Source: a bacterium | GTDB taxonomy: Bacteria; UBA10199; 2-02-FULL-50-16; JAJFLM01 | Length of the DNA stretch: 64,000 bases | Direction: 5' to 3' | NCBI GenBank assembly: GCA_965216315.1 | Contig: CBDCFN010000016.1 | Coordinates: forward strand, 1,344,001-1,408,000 | Shown here: positions 8,070 to 19,450 of the stretch, piece by piece | Layout: each line of letters starts with the position of its first letter | Numbering within the stretch: the stretch's first letter is position 1 | Notes under the pieces: model-generated | What the model saw: only the letters and a program-made list of their open reading frames with translations | The model's database searches: none | What the model was told of the DNA's origin: nothing | Position numbers and translations under genes: made by a program

Positions 8070-10756
8070 TGATGGATTATCCATTCCCTACATTAGATTG
8101 GAGTTTACCGGAAAAAGGCGAGGTCCTAAAGCGGTATGTTCAAGAGAAAAAGAGCACGCTTGATAAGATTATTGAAAACAAGGAGCCTGCACGCTTTGCG
8201 ATCGAATGGCGGACAAATGCCATTGATAAGCTTTTGATCGGTCTTTTTGAACAAACGAGCCGCACTTTGGAAGCCGATCAGAATCATTATGCCATGATAG
8301 CCCAAGGCGGTTATGGCCGGCGGGAACTCAGCTACCATTCCGATATAGACTTATTGTTCTTACATAACAGTCAACATCCTAAGAAGCTTAAAGCGCAACT
8401 CAATCAAATCCTTTATCCGTTATGGGATAGTGGACTCGATCTCGGCTTTGCCGTACGGACGGAAAAAGAGTGTCTCAAACTAATGAAGGATGATCTTACG
8501 ATCCTGACTTCGTTGATCGACGCGCGCTATATCGTCGGTAATGAAACTATTTTTAATAGTTTTGAAAAGAAATTTCGGAAGCATTTGGATAATTCACGTT
8601 TTCGCATCAGCTTCATGCAAAAGAAAGAAAAGGAACAAACAGATCGTTTGCATCGTTTTGGAGGGTCGGTTTTCTTACAAGAGCCTAACACTAAAGAGGG
8701 GAAAGGGGGATTAAGAGAATATCACCATATCCACTGGGTCACCAAAACTGTTTTCAATACAAATGACCTTTCCGCCCTTGTCCGTGCCGGTTGGATCAAG
8801 TCCAAGGAGCTCAGAAACTTGCAGGAGGCCATTACATTCATCTTGGCGGTACGAAACATGCTCCACAAACTCTCCGGACGCAAAACAGATCAAATCCTAT
8901 ATGAGCATAAAGCCGCAATAGCAGAATGGTTGGGCTTTAAGGATACTGAAACCATACTCGCCGTCGAAGATTTTATGAGAGCCTATTATCGGCATGCCAG
9001 TGAATGTTTTCGCATCAGTGAACAAGTTAATCGCAAACTTCTTCAATCTAAAGGTGGGTTTAGACTTAAGCGACTCAAACGGATGAAAAAGCAAAAATTT
9101 GATGAATATTTTAATATTGAAAATAAGTTCCTTACTTTAGGTGATCCTGACGCCTTCAAACTAAAACCATCAAACCTCATTTATATCTTTCGGATCATGC
9201 AACAAACGGGAATCACCCCCGGTCGAAGCGTTAAAGAAGCCGTCCGTGACAGCCTGAAACTAATCAATGATGATTTTCGCGCTAATCCCACCCACGCGAA
9301 AATATTCCGCGAGATGCTGGCCGAACCGGAAACCATCGCCCCGCCCATGCTTGCCATGCATGAGCTCGGCGTACTCGACCGTTTTCTGCCGGAGTTCAAG
9401 AACCTCATGTATCGTGCGCAACATGATGTCTATCACGTTTATACCGTCGATATTCATTCTATTCTGGCCGTAGGTGTCTTTGGGCGCCTGGTCGCTGGCA
9501 TCTATCAGGATAAATATCCAACGGCGACAGAAGTAGCCAAGGCCATCGTCAAAAAGGACCTCCTGTCTTTTGCTATCCTTTATCATGACATTGGGAAGGG
9601 GGAAGGGTCCGGACATGTAGAGAAGGGGGCACCACTTGTCCGCCGAGCGGCCGAACGACTGGGATTCACTCCTGATGAGATTGATACGAGTGAGTTTCTG
9701 GAATTGTCTCATTTAATGATGACACACTTGGCGTTTCGACGTGATTTAGATGACCCCAATCTCATTCTCCAGTTTGCTAAATCGATGGCGACAGAAAGCA
9801 ATCTTAATAAACTCTATGTGCTTACCTTTAGTGATGTAAAAGCAGTCAGCCAAGAGGCCCTTACTAAATGGAAGGAAAGCCTGCTCGAATATTTATATCT
9901 AAAGGCACGTTCCGTTCTCAAAAAAGGGGATTTTTCCAAAGAGAAAATTGAAGAAATTAAGAGCTCACTGCTGGAAAATACAAAAATTTTAGCTAATTCC
10001 GAGTTCAGTGATGACGAAATCAACCACTTTTTCAGTATTATGCCGCCGCGTTATTTCCTAACGGCGACAGCCGTTTCAATACTTGACCATCTAGACATGT
10101 TACGCCGTTTCAATGGGCTTCCCGTCGTCTTTAACCGTCGCATACTTGAGAAAGAGGGATCAAGTGAATGGACCTTATTGACACTCGATACTCCTGGCCT
10201 TTTTTCCAAAATCTGTGGTGTTGTCGCCGCCAATAGTCTCAATATTACTGAAGCCTATTTAAATACGACTAATGACGGTAAAGACCTTTTTATTTTCAAG
10301 CTTCAAACCGCACAAGGACAATCGATTGCGGAAGAAAGCAAGTGGAATAAATTGGAGGCGGACGTCCTTAATGTGGTTCAGGGTGAAATTCCCCTACAGG
10401 AACTGCTCGGCAACCGCTTGCGCCCATCGCTCATCAAGCCAAAGACAGCGCGACAACTCCCAACCAAGGTTGTTATCGATAATGATTTATCGCCGTTTTA
10501 CACAATCATTGATGTCTATGCGCACGATCGCGTCGGGCTCCTTTATCATATAACTTCGGCACTTGCAGAGCTGGGGCTTTATGTTGATATGTCAAAAATC
10601 GCTACTAAGGTCGATCAAGTCACGGATACATTTTATGTACGCGACATTTTTGGCCAGAAATTGCGCGCCGAAGACCGGATTAAAAGAGTTCGCAAAACGC
10701 TATTAAGCGTCATCGATGGAGTTCAAGAAGAAAGTCAGGAGGTCGCTCGAGCATGA
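8069..10756 (+). CDS. glnD: [Protein-PII] uridylyltransferase GlnD
   Basis: GGYGRRELSYHSDIDLL, EPNTKEGKGGLR, YHVYTVDIHS, LYHDIGKG HD domain, two ACT domains (DTPGLF, DRVGLL). Confidence 0.96.
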   Translation: MMDYPFPTLDWSLPEKGEVLKRYVQEKKSTLDKIIENKEPARFAIEWRTNAIDKLLIGLFEQTSRTLEADQNHYAMIAQGGYGRRELSYHSDIDLLFLHNSQHPKKLKAQLNQILYPLWDSGLDLGFAVRTEKECLKLMKDDLTILTSLIDARYIVGNETIFNSFEKKFRKHLDNSRFRISFMQKKEKEQTDRLHRFGGSVFLQEPNTKEGKGGLREYHHIHWVTKTVFNTNDLSALVRAGWIKSKELRNLQEAITFILAVRNMLHKLSGRKTDQILYEHKAAIAEWLGFKDTETILAVEDFMRAYYRHASECFRISEQVNRKLLQSKGGFRLKRLKRMKKQKFDEYFNIENKFLTLGDPDAFKLKPSNLIYIFRIMQQTGITPGRSVKEAVRDSLKLINDDFRANPTHAKIFREMLAEPETIAPPMLAMHELGVLDRFLPEFKNLMYRAQHDVYHVYTVDIHSILAVGVFGRLVAGIYQDKYPTATEVAKAIVKKDLLSFAILYHDIGKGEGSGHVEKGAPLVRRAAERLGFTPDEIDTSEFLELSHLMMTHLAFRRDLDDPNLILQFAKSMATESNLNKLYVLTFSDVKAVSQEALTKWKESLLEYLYLKARSVLKKGDFSKEKIEEIKSSLLENTKILANSEFSDDEINHFFSIMPPRYFLTATAVSILDHLDMLRRFNGLPVVFNRRILEKEGSSEWTLLTLDTPGLFSKICGVVAANSLNITEAYLNTTNDGKDLFIFKLQTAQGQSIAEESKWNKLEADVLNVVQGEIPLQELLGNRLRPSLIKPKTARQLPTKVVIDNDLSPFYTIIDVYAHDRVGLLYHITSALAELGLYVDMSKIATKVDQVTDTFYVRDIFGQKLRAEDRIKRVRKTLLSVIDGVQEESQEVARA

Positions 10757-11025
10757 CCGGCATGATCATATTAATCATTCTGCTCATGGCCGTCCTGATC
10801 GGTCTCGTTATCAAACTGCGTCAACAAAGCCGAAAATATGAGGAAAAAAGTGTCAAAGAGACGATGTCTCCGATCATGCACTCGATTATTCGGCGGGAGC
10901 GAACCGTCAATTTACAGCGAAAGCAGCGTTTTGAGAAGTCCTTGGCCGCAGCCACCGACCCGCAAGGTGAAGCTCGGGAAAGGCCGGATAAGACCTCTCC
11001 AGGGGAAAATTCCCACTCTTCTTGA
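10753..11025 (+). CDS. Small single-pass membrane hypothetical protein
   Basis: ATGA overlap with the glnD stop; hydrophobic N-terminus then basic helix. Confidence 0.6.
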   Translation: MTGMIILIILLMAVLIGLVIKLRQQSRKYEEKSVKETMSPIMHSIIRRERTVNLQRKQRFEKSLAAATDPQGEARERPDKTSPGENSHSS

Positions 11026-11165
11026 GTGAACCTGCCCTCAACCCATTACGATGCCATGCGTCAAAAGTGTTGATTTCATTAAGTATTCTTGAATACCCCT
11101 CGCGCCAATGTTAGGATGCGGCTGTCGAGACTGGAGAAGGGCTGGAGCGATCCGCGGAGCGAAAC

Positions 11166-11486
11166 ATGGCACGAAAAATAAAGATCTGCAGCGCTGAGGG
11201 CTGTAATAACGCCCAAACCACTAAAGAATATTGCCGCTTGCATTACTTGCAGAATTGGAAAACGATTAAAGCGGAAGAAAAACGTAAAGCAAGCAAGCGA
11301 CTCAATCGCTACGTTGAAGGCATCATGAAGCGCAACCCCGACTCAGCAAGGTCACGTGCTGAAGGCGGTGACGTAGAATACAGTTTAAGTGCCTCCGACG
11401 AAGTAGAGGGCCTGGTTGAGGACCTTGGTTATTCGGATCCAGACAGTCTCGATGAAATCATTTCCAACCTCAAAGAAGATAAGTAA
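11166..11486 (+). CDS. Hypothetical protein with N-terminal C-x4-C-x9-C-x2-H putative zinc finger
   Basis: CSAEGC...YCRLHY; GGAG RBS; upstream TTGAAT-17-TAGGAT promoter-like sequence. Confidence 0.7.
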   Translation: MARKIKICSAEGCNNAQTTKEYCRLHYLQNWKTIKAEEKRKASKRLNRYVEGIMKRNPDSARSRAEGGDVEYSLSASDEVEGLVEDLGYSDPDSLDEIISNLKEDK

Positions 11487-12879
11487 AAAAAAGGTCTATT
11501 TTAAGACATTCGGCTGTCAAATGAATGAGGCCGACTCCGACCGCATGCTCGGCCTCTTGGCAAATGATGATTACATTGCCACCCAGGATCCGGATGACGC
11601 CGACCTCATTATCGTCAATACCTGTAGTGTCCGCGATAAGGCCTACCACAAAGCCATCAGCGCGATTGGCAAACATAATAAAAATGGCCAAAAGATTAAA
11701 ATCGGCGTAACCGGCTGTGTCGCATCCCAAGAGGGAAAAGTACTTGCCGAGCGCTTTGATAGCGTCGATTTCGTGCTGGGAACCGACCATATTGATAAAA
11801 TTCGGGAGGCAGTTCAATATACGCGGCTTCAGGATGGTGCCTATATCGCGACTAAATTCCATGAAATTGAGGACTACCATTTTCCTGAGATCGCTATTGC
11901 CCCTTCAACGAGAATGGTGAAGGCCTATGTCACTATTATGAAGGGCTGCGATAATGTCTGTGCCTTTTGCATCGTTCCTTCGACACGTGGCCCTGAAATA
12001 TCCAGAAGGGCTGAAGACATCTTACAAGAGATACAAGCACTCGAACGACGAGGAGCCCGTGAAATCACGCTATTGGGGCAAAACGTCAATTCTTACGGAA
12101 AACAAAATTCTACCGATGCGGACTTCGCGTCCCTGCTCAGAAAAGTAGAAGAGAACACCCGCATTGAAAGGCTCCGTTTTACCTCACCTCATCCCAAGGA
12201 CCTTTCGCCGCGACTGATTGAAGAATATCGCCGCAGTAAAATTTTGTGTCGACATATCCACCTGCCGGCCCAGTCAGGATCTTCGCGTGTCTTAAAACGG
12301 ATGCGTCGGGCACATACTCGTGACACTTACTTGAAACGCATACACGACCTGCGCAACGCCTGTCCTGACGTGGCCATCACGACCGATTTAATCGTCGGGT
12401 TTCCAGGAGAAAGTGACGCCGACTTTCAGGATACTCTCTCGCTCATGCGGGAAGTCGAATATGATGCGTCTTATTCATTTGCCTATTCCGAACGACCGGG
12501 CACGGAAGCGGCTGGATTTGAGGATGATGTCCCCGCTAAAGTAAAATCGGAGCGCCTCCAAGCCCTCCAGGCCCTGCAACACGACCTCAGTGCACAAAAA
12601 AACAGCTATTTCATTGGGAAAATAGTCCCTATCTTGGTGGAAGGGATTGATAAAAAGCATCACAAAAACTATGTACATAGCGAACGCAGTAAGCGAGAGG
12701 GGGAGGCTCCAGGAGCTGTGCTTCTGGAGGGGGCGACGCGAGCCCCTATGATGGGACGTACAAGTTGCAATCGCGTCGTCAATTTTGATGGCAGTGACGA
12801 TGATATCGGTGATATCATTAATATAAGGATAGCGAGCGCAACAGCGTATTCACTGCATGGAGACAAGGTAGATGGGTAG
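11452..12879 (+). CDS. miaB: tRNA methylthiotransferase MiaB
   Basis: KTFGCQMNEADS, NTCSVR, MKGCDNVCAFC, LLGQNVNSYG, C-terminal TRAM domain; start uncertain. Confidence 0.95.
   Translation: MKSFPTSKKISKKKVYFKTFGCQMNEADSDRMLGLLANDDYIATQDPDDADLIIVNTCSVRDKAYHKAISAIGKHNKNGQKIKIGVTGCVASQEGKVLAERFDSVDFVLGTDHIDKIREAVQYTRLQDGAYIATKFHEIEDYHFPEIAIAPSTRMVKAYVTIMKGCDNVCAFCIVPSTRGPEISRRAEDILQEIQALERRGAREITLLGQNVNSYGKQNSTDADFASLLRKVEENTRIERLRFTSPHPKDLSPRLIEEYRRSKILCRHIHLPAQSGSSRVLKRMRRAHTRDTYLKRIHDLRNACPDVAITTDLIVGFPGESDADFQDTLSLMREVEYDASYSFAYSERPGTEAAGFEDDVPAKVKSERLQALQALQHDLSAQKNSYFIGKIVPILVEGIDKKHHKNYVHSERSKREGEAPGAVLLEGATRAPMMGRTSCNRVVNFDGSDDDIGDIINIRIASATAYSLHGDKVDG
12679..12747 (+). repeat. 69-bp palindromic element (family C) inserted in frame in the MiaB TRAM domain
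   Basis: agcgaacgcagtaagcgagagggggaggctccaggagctgtgcttctggagggggcgacgcgagcccct; encodes SERSKREGEAPGAVLLEGATRAP. Confidence 0.9.
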
Positions 12880-13402
12880 TTCTAAAAGTCGTGATGCTGA
12901 CTTTATCAAGGTGACCGTGACCGGTCTTACCATTGACCCATTTACTAATATGCCGATTATCATTCTAAAAGATGAAGACGAAAAAAATGCTCTCCCCATC
13001 TGGATCGGGCTCATAGAAGCTTCGGCCATCGCCACTGAACTTGAAAAGGTTGAACTGTCACGACCCATGACCCATGACCTCCTTAAAAATATTTTAGGTG
13101 AACTTGCCATTTCGGTAGAACGCGTTGAAGTCGTCGATCTACAAGACAATACTTTCTTTGCAAATATTCACTTAAAAAAAGCCGGCGAGGACATGATTGT
13201 CGATGCCCGTCCCAGTGACGCCGTTGCGTTGGCCTTGCGTACCAACGCTCCCATTTATGTCTCGCGTTCCGTAATGGAAAAATCACGAAAAATTGATCTC
13301 TCAGCTGAAGGGATTGATGCAGAAGAATCCGTTAAAAAAGAAAAATGGACGGAAATTCTTGAAGGCCTCTCGCCCGACGACTTCGGCAAATACAAGATGT
13401 AA
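12872..13402 (+). CDS. Bifunctional nuclease family protein (DUF151)
   Basis: LPIWIG, RPMTHDLL, DARPSDAVALALR. Confidence 0.92.
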   Translation: MGSSKSRDADFIKVTVTGLTIDPFTNMPIIILKDEDEKNALPIWIGLIEASAIATELEKVELSRPMTHDLLKNILGELAISVERVEVVDLQDNTFFANIHLKKAGEDMIVDARPSDAVALALRTNAPIYVSRSVMEKSRKIDLSAEGIDAEESVKKEKWTEILEGLSPDDFGKYKM

Positions 13403-13405
13403 GCC

Positions 13406-13816
13406 GTGTTAAAATCGACCTTCCGTCTCTTTATCCGCTATTGGATTCCATTGCTTGTCTATGCAATTCTCATCCTCTTTATCTCTTCGCGACCTTCACT
13501 AGGTCTTCCGCGCATCGACATTCCCGATAAGCTCATTCATTTTTGTGAGTATCTTCTCCTCGGCATGCTGGTATTCCGGCTGCTGACTCGCGATTATCAT
13601 TTAAGCGGTGCCAGGCTATGGGTGACCCATGTCGGCGGCATCATGTTGTTTGCGCTGGGCGATGAGTTCCTGCAGAGCTTCATTCCTGGTCGCGATTCCG
13701 ATGTATGGGACTGGGTCGCCGATGTGGGCGGCGGTAGTTTAGGGGCATTCTGCTATTGTATCATTCGATTGGCTTGGGATAGGATCAAAGGAAGGGCCAA
13801 CCATGACGATGTTTAA
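13406..13816 (+). CDS. VanZ-family membrane protein
   Basis: DKLIHFCEY, DEFLQSFIPGR, DWVAD. Confidence 0.85.
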   Translation: MLKSTFRLFIRYWIPLLVYAILILFISSRPSLGLPRIDIPDKLIHFCEYLLLGMLVFRLLTRDYHLSGARLWVTHVGGIMLFALGDEFLQSFIPGRDSDVWDWVADVGGGSLGAFCYCIIRLAWDRIKGRANHDDV

Positions 13817-14330
13817 ATTTGCACAAAAGACGCCTCAGGTCGATCCTACCGCGTTTATCGCGGCAGGAGCCTGCGTCATCGGAGATGTTATTATCGGAGC
13901 TGAAAGTTCTCTCTGGTATAACTCGATCTTGAGAGGGGATGTATTTCCCGTGCGTGTGGGCAAGAGAACCAACATCCAAGATCTTTCCGTGGGGCATGTC
14001 ACCAGTGGGACACATGCGCTTCACATTGGCGATGAAGTCACGATTGGTCATCGTGTCATCATCCACGGATGTACGCTTAACGATCGCTGTCTCATCGGCA
14101 TGGGAGCCGTCATCATGGATGGTGCTGAAGTAGGGGAGGAATCAATTATCGGCGCGGGAGCCGTCGTGACCCCGAACACAAAAATTCCACCGCGCAGTAT
14201 GGCGCTCGGCACTCCCGCACGGGTGACACGTGAACTCACCCCCGAAGAAATTGCCTTTTTATCTATCTCGGCGGAAAATTATGTCCAACTGGCCTTACGT
14301 CATCAAACAAATCTCTCAGTTTTCAGCTGA
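13803..14330 (+). CDS. Gamma carbonic anhydrase family protein (YrdA/PaaY-like)
   Basis: Hexapeptide repeats, LRGD, TNIQD, VTIGH, HGC. Confidence 0.92.
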   Translation: MTMFKFAQKTPQVDPTAFIAAGACVIGDVIIGAESSLWYNSILRGDVFPVRVGKRTNIQDLSVGHVTSGTHALHIGDEVTIGHRVIIHGCTLNDRCLIGMGAVIMDGAEVGEESIIGAGAVVTPNTKIPPRSMALGTPARVTRELTPEEIAFLSISAENYVQLALRHQTNLSVFS

Positions 14331-15294
14331 GCATCGCCTCTTATCGGCTGGCGATCGTATCCTCATCGGCATCTCGGGCGGCCCCGACTCCGTCTTGCTC
14401 AGCCATATTTTATTGGAACTCGCTAAACCCTTAGAATTTGAATGTCACCTCGCTCACGTCAACTACGGCCAACGGGGTGCCGAGTCCGACGGTGATCAGA
14501 ACTTTGTTGTCCGCTTGGCTGAATCCAAAGCATGCCCTTTATCTACATTAGAACTCAATGAAGGCGTCCAAGGGAATTTCCAAGATTGGGCGCGGCAAAA
14601 ACGCTACCAATATTTTGCGACTCTCTGCCAAGAATATAAATGCAATAAAGTCGCCGTCGCTCATCACCTCAGTGATCAGGTGGAAACGTTCCTCTTACGC
14701 TTATTGCGAGGAAGCGGGGCCACCGGACTTGCAGCGATGCGCCCTAAAAGCGCAAACCAAGGCCTGACGATTATTCGGCCACTCCTCTGTCTGACCCGAG
14801 GAGAGATCGTGGAGCTCCTCGACACCGAAGAGATCGGCTATCGCCATGACCGCAGCAATGATAATGATACCTATCAACGGAATCGGCTGCGCCAGCGAAT
14901 TCTACCGCTCTTGGCATCTATGCAGCCCAGCTATGAGCGAAATTTGGGGCAAAGTCTCTTACTCATGCAAGGAGAAGATCAATTACTCAATGAATTAGCC
15001 GCAGCCCAACTTCAGGAACTGAGGAGTCAAAACGGATCAAACGACTCCTTCACGCTGGCTATGGCCCGCAAGGGCTTACAATCACTACCTAAAAGTCTCC
15101 GGCTTCGGGTATGGCGGGTCGCTATTGGGGAATTGACAGGGGGCCCTCAAAGCATTACCTTTCATCATGTAAGCAAAATGGAGCAATTGCTATGCTCCGG
15201 CCCTGTGGAAGCCACTTACGATCTCCCCGGAGACATCCGCTACGAACAGGGTCCTATTATTGTTACAATAAGAAAGAAACAGACCAAGAGCTAA
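14281..15294 (+). CDS. tilS: tRNA(Ile)-lysidine synthetase TilS
   Basis: [38 protein letters not shown]; precedes ftsH. Confidence 0.93.
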   Translation: MSNWPYVIKQISQFSAEHRLLSAGDRILIGISGGPDSVLLSHILLELAKPLEFECHLAHVNYGQRGAESDGDQNFVVRLAESKACPLSTLELNEGVQGNFQDWARQKRYQYFATLCQEYKCNKVAVAHHLSDQVETFLLRLLRGSGATGLAAMRPKSANQGLTIIRPLLCLTRGEIVELLDTEEIGYRHDRSNDNDTYQRNRLRQRILPLLASMQPSYERNLGQSLLLMQGEDQLLNELAAAQLQELRSQNGSNDSFTLAMARKGLQSLPKSLRLRVWRVAIGELTGGPQSITFHHVSKMEQLLCSGPVEATYDLPGDIRYEQGPIIVTIRKKQTKS

Positions 15295-15299
15295 TTTCT

Positions 15300-17222
15300 A
15301 TGAAGCAATCACAAAAAACACTCGCCCTCTGGGCGCTGATCATACTTCTGTCCGTCTCAATCCTGCATTTTCTTAATAACCGCCCCAGCCCGGAAAAAGA
15401 AATCAGTTTCAGCGATTTCATGAGCGCCGTCAGAGAGCAACAGATTGAATCGGTAACCATTAAAGAATCCGAATATTTCGGTCGCTTTAAAGAGGCCTCG
15501 GGAAGTGAGTATTTCAAGACGATCGGCCCGATTAATAGTGAAAAAGCCTTGGAGCTACTGGCGAGTACCGATGCCATTGTCCGTTACGAAAAACCCGAAG
15601 AAACCGCGTTGTGGCAACAAATCCTTATCTCTTGGCTACCGATGCTCCTGTTGTTTGGTTTCTTTTTCTTCAGCATGCGTCAGATCCAAGTCGGCGGGGG
15701 CCGAGCCATGAGCTTTGGCCGCAGCCGCGCCAAGCTCCTCTCAGCGGATCAGAAAAAGGTCACCTTTAGAGATGTCGCGGGAGTTGACGAAGCTAAATAC
15801 GAACTTGAAGAGATCATTGCGTTCCTTAAAGAGCCCAAAAAATTTACCAAGCTCGGCGGCAAACTCCCTAAAGGTGTTCTCCTCATCGGACCTCCGGGAA
15901 CGGGTAAGACTTTATTAGCCAAGGCGGTTGCCGGTGAGGCGGACGTCCCGTTTTTTAGCATCAGTGGCTCCGATTTTGTGGAAATGTTCGTCGGTGTCGG
16001 CGCTTCGCGCGTCCGCGACCTCTTTGAACAAGGTAAAAAGAACGCCCCCTGCATTATCTTTATCGATGAAATTGATGCCGTCGGCCGCCACCGTGGTGCC
16101 GGATTAGGCGGGGGTCACGACGAAAGAGAACAGACCCTCAATCAATTATTGGTTGAAATGGATGGCTTTGAATCCAACGAGGGCGTTATCATCATGGCCG
16201 CAACCAACCGTCCGGACGTTCTCGATCCGGCCCTGCTGCGTCCGGGTCGTTTTGACCGCCGTGTCACAGTCAACCGGCCGGCACTCAAAGGTCGGGAAGA
16301 GATCCTCAGGGTCCATACGCGTAATGTCATTTTGGCCGACAATGTCGATCTTTCGGTTATCGCCCGCGGAACACCTGGCTTCTCCGGTGCTGATTTAGCC
16401 AATCTCGTCAACGAGTCCGCCTTGCAGGCTGCTCGCGCCGACAAGAAAGAAATCGAGTCAGATGACTTCGAATTAGCTAAAGATAAAGTGCTGATGGGCT
16501 CTGAACGGAAGGGAATGATCCTCCACGATGAAGAAAAACGGACGATTGCGTTCCACGAAGCCGGCCATACCTTAGTCGCTAAATTATTGCCCGGCACGGA
16601 TCCCGTGCACAAAGTGTCGGTTATTCCGAGGGGCATGGCGCTTGGCGTCACGCAGCAATTACCTATCGACGAGCGCCATATTCATTCTAAAGATTACGCA
16701 GAAAATAATATTGCCGTCCTGATGGGAGGGCGTTGTGCTGAAGAATTGATCTTTCAGCAAAAAACAACGGGCGCGGGTGATGATATCGATAAGGCGACAA
16801 AAATGGCTCACAAAATGGTTTGCGAGTGGGGCATGAGTGATCTCGGACCGCTACGCTTTGGGGGTAATGACGAAGAAATATTCCTAGGCCGCGATTTTGC
16901 GCAAAAGAGCGAATACAGTGAGGCAACGGCGATTGCAATCGATACGGCCATAAAAGAATTGGTCACGTCTAACTACGAACGAGCCAAGAAATTACTCTCA
17001 GACAATAAGGAGACCTTGGTGCGCATTGCCGAGGCCCTCCTCGAACATGAAACCTTAGACGGTTCACAGATAGACCAACTCGTAAAGGGTGAAGATATAG
17101 ATCCACCGAGTTCTTCTTTTAAGAAGGGTCCTAAATCGGCACCGGCATCTGAAAGCAAACCGAGTCGTGAAAAACGTCAGAAGTTAACCGGCACGCCGTT
17201 CCCGGAGCCGGGTAAAGCCTGA
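15300..17222 (+). CDS. ftsH: ATP-dependent zinc metalloprotease FtsH
   Basis: Two TM helices, [22 protein letters not shown] 15300 preferred to the ORF-track start 15111. Confidence 0.98.
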   Translation: MKQSQKTLALWALIILLSVSILHFLNNRPSPEKEISFSDFMSAVREQQIESVTIKESEYFGRFKEASGSEYFKTIGPINSEKALELLASTDAIVRYEKPEETALWQQILISWLPMLLLFGFFFFSMRQIQVGGGRAMSFGRSRAKLLSADQKKVTFRDVAGVDEAKYELEEIIAFLKEPKKFTKLGGKLPKGVLLIGPPGTGKTLLAKAVAGEADVPFFSISGSDFVEMFVGVGASRVRDLFEQGKKNAPCIIFIDEIDAVGRHRGAGLGGGHDEREQTLNQLLVEMDGFESNEGVIIMAATNRPDVLDPALLRPGRFDRRVTVNRPALKGREEILRVHTRNVILADNVDLSVIARGTPGFSGADLANLVNESALQAARADKKEIESDDFELAKDKVLMGSERKGMILHDEEKRTIAFHEAGHTLVAKLLPGTDPVHKVSVIPRGMALGVTQQLPIDERHIHSKDYAENNIAVLMGGRCAEELIFQQKTTGAGDDIDKATKMAHKMVCEWGMSDLGPLRFGGNDEEIFLGRDFAQKSEYSEATAIAIDTAIKELVTSNYERAKKLLSDNKETLVRIAEALLEHETLDGSQIDQLVKGEDIDPPSSSFKKGPKSAPASESKPSREKRQKLTGTPFPEPGKA

Positions 17223-17244
17223 TTCATAACACGGTTTCGATCCA

Positions 17245-18042
17245 ATGACGCATCCATTGATCATGGGCATCCTCAATGTGACGCCGGACTCTTTCTCCGA
17301 CGGCGGTCTCTACGTCGATATAAAGTCGGCTCAACAGCGCGCGCTCCAAATGGTCGACGAGGGTGCGGATATCATCGATGTCGGGGGAGAAAGCTCACGT
17401 CCCGGGGCAGCGGCTATTTCCGAAGCGGAAGAAAAGCAACGGGTCCTGCCTATCATTAAGCTTATTCGCGATCAGAGTACTATTCCCATCTCCGTTGATA
17501 CCCAAAAAGCGGCGGTCGCCTATGAGGCCATGAAGGAGGGCGCCAACTGGATCAATGATATCTCCGCGGCGAGCGCGGATCCCGAAATGCCGGCCGTCAT
17601 GGCTGAGACGCAGGCCAAGGTCATCCTCATGCATATGCGGGGAAATCCACGTACCATGCAGCAACAGACCCATTATACGGATATTGTGAGCGAGGTCCGT
17701 GACCGCCTCAATGAGCGGGCAGAGGCCTTGGAGGCGCGTGGCATCGGCACCATCATGCTCGATCCGGGGCTCGGATTTGCCAAGACAGCGACCCAGAATT
17801 GGGCCCTTTTAAGGAACCTAAGGGCATTTACGAGCGGCTCCCGGCCCATTATGATAGGGGCATCCAGAAAGTCATTTATTCAAGGGATATTAGCAGACAA
17901 GGCCTCGAATGTACTTGAAGGATCTCTCGCGATTGCCGCCTACAGCCTGCTTAACGGCATTTCCGCCCTGAGGGTCCACGATGTCCGGGAGACGGTCCGC
18001 GTCAGAACGACCCTGGAAGCGATCCAAGCGGCTCAGCTTTAA
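17245..18042 (+). CDS. folP: Dihydropteroate synthase
   Basis: MGILNVTPDSFSDGG, DVGGESSRPG, GASRKSF, RVHDV. Confidence 0.97.
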   Translation: MTHPLIMGILNVTPDSFSDGGLYVDIKSAQQRALQMVDEGADIIDVGGESSRPGAAAISEAEEKQRVLPIIKLIRDQSTIPISVDTQKAAVAYEAMKEGANWINDISAASADPEMPAVMAETQAKVILMHMRGNPRTMQQQTHYTDIVSEVRDRLNERAEALEARGIGTIMLDPGLGFAKTATQNWALLRNLRAFTSGSRPIMIGASRKSFIQGILADKASNVLEGSLAIAAYSLLNGISALRVHDVRETVRVRTTLEAIQAAQL

Positions 18043-18085
18043 CCTTGAAAATAAACGAAAAGTCCCGTAGATCCCGTGGCTCCGT

Positions 18086-19435
18086 ATGAAACGATTATTT
18101 GGCACAGATGGAGTCCGGGGGACGGCCAACATCTACCCGATGACGGCCGAGGTCGCCCTTTCGTTGGGACGTGCCATTGCCCACCTCTATCGTAACCAGC
18201 AGGGACGGCACCGCATCCTGGTGGGAAAAGATACGCGCCTTTCCGGCTATATGATCGAGTACGCCTTGACGGCGGGCGTGTGCTCAATGGGCACAGACGT
18301 GCTGCTCGTGGGGCCCATGCCGACACCGGCCATTGCTTTTATCACGAAGTCGATGCGCTGTGACGCCGGTGTCGTAATCTCGGCCTCACACAATCCCTTT
18401 CAAGACAATGGCATCAAATTTTTCGATTCACATGGTTACAAACTCCATGACGAAATAGAGTTGGAACTTGAAAACCTCGTATTTAGAAATGGGATTGATA
18501 CGCTCCGTCCCACTGCAGAAAAAGTCGGCAAAGCCACGCGTATCGATGATGCCAGCGGACGCTACATAGAATTCTTAAAACAAACCTTCCCCGATGAATT
18601 AAGCTTAGCCGGCATTAAGATTGTACTCGATTGCGCCAATGGCGCGGATTACGCCATTGCCCCCATCGTATTTGAAGAACTCGGCGCTCAAGTCATCCCT
18701 TTCAACGTCGAACCCGATGGGATGAATATCAATAAAGACAGCGGTTGTCTCAATCCGGAATTATTAGCCGACAAGGTTCGAGAACATGATGCCGACATCG
18801 GCATTGCCCTGGATGGAGACGGTGATCGTGCTATCTTTGCGGATGAAAAGGGTCAAGTTGTTCCAGGGGATGCCGCACTCGCTGTCCTAGCCGTCAAGCT
18901 GCACCAAGAAGAAAGCCTTAAGCAAAATGTTATCGTAGCCACGGAACAAAGCAGCATTGGCCTTGAACACTGCCTTGCCAAGCGAGACATCAAAGTTGTT
19001 CGCTGCCAAGTCGGTGATCGCTATGTCGTTGAAGCCATGAAAAAGCATCAGACAAATTTTGGCGGAGAGCAATCGGGGCATATTATCTGCGCCGACCATA
19101 GTACTACGGGTGACGGTATGGTCGCGGCCCTGCAAGTTCTTTCGACAATGTGCAAGCAACACCGCCCTCTGTCTGATTTGGTACGCGTCTTTGAGGTTTA
19201 TCCCCAAGCTTTCCGCAATATCCAAGTCAAAACAAAGAGCAACTTTGATGAGGTACGTGAAGTATCCGATACCATAGTCAAAGTAGAGCGCGAGCTAGGG
19301 GATAACGGGCGCATTCTCGTTCGCTACTCGGGAACGGAACCGTTGGCTCGCGTGATGGTAGAGGGGCCTGATCAAAATAAGATTGAAGGCTACGCCGAAG
19401 ATATCGCTACTGCAATCGCCCGTAATCTGGGATAA
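18086..19435 (+). CDS. glmM: Phosphoglucosamine mutase
   Basis: FGTDGVRG, ISASHNP, DGDGDR, GGEQSGH, RYSGTEP. Confidence 0.97.
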   Translation: MKRLFGTDGVRGTANIYPMTAEVALSLGRAIAHLYRNQQGRHRILVGKDTRLSGYMIEYALTAGVCSMGTDVLLVGPMPTPAIAFITKSMRCDAGVVISASHNPFQDNGIKFFDSHGYKLHDEIELELENLVFRNGIDTLRPTAEKVGKATRIDDASGRYIEFLKQTFPDELSLAGIKIVLDCANGADYAIAPIVFEELGAQVIPFNVEPDGMNINKDSGCLNPELLADKVREHDADIGIALDGDGDRAIFADEKGQVVPGDAALAVLAVKLHQEESLKQNVIVATEQSSIGLEHCLAKRDIKVVRCQVGDRYVVEAMKKHQTNFGGEQSGHIICADHSTTGDGMVAALQVLSTMCKQHRPLSDLVRVFEVYPQAFRNIQVKTKSNFDEVREVSDTIVKVERELGDNGRILVRYSGTEPLARVMVEGPDQNKIEGYAEDIATAIARNLG

Positions 19436-19450
19436 ACTAAACCCAGCCCA

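Noticed and set aside
10950..11045. Assignment as 6S RNA, SRP RNA, or cobalamin, SAM or glycine riboswitch
   Set aside because: Diagnostic conserved motifs are missing; kept only as an unassigned structure
15111..15299. N-terminal extensions in the ORF track (ftsH; also tsaE, lysC, folE, pyrC, pyrB)
   Set aside because: They overlap upstream genes or promoters; downstream ATGs give normal N-termini
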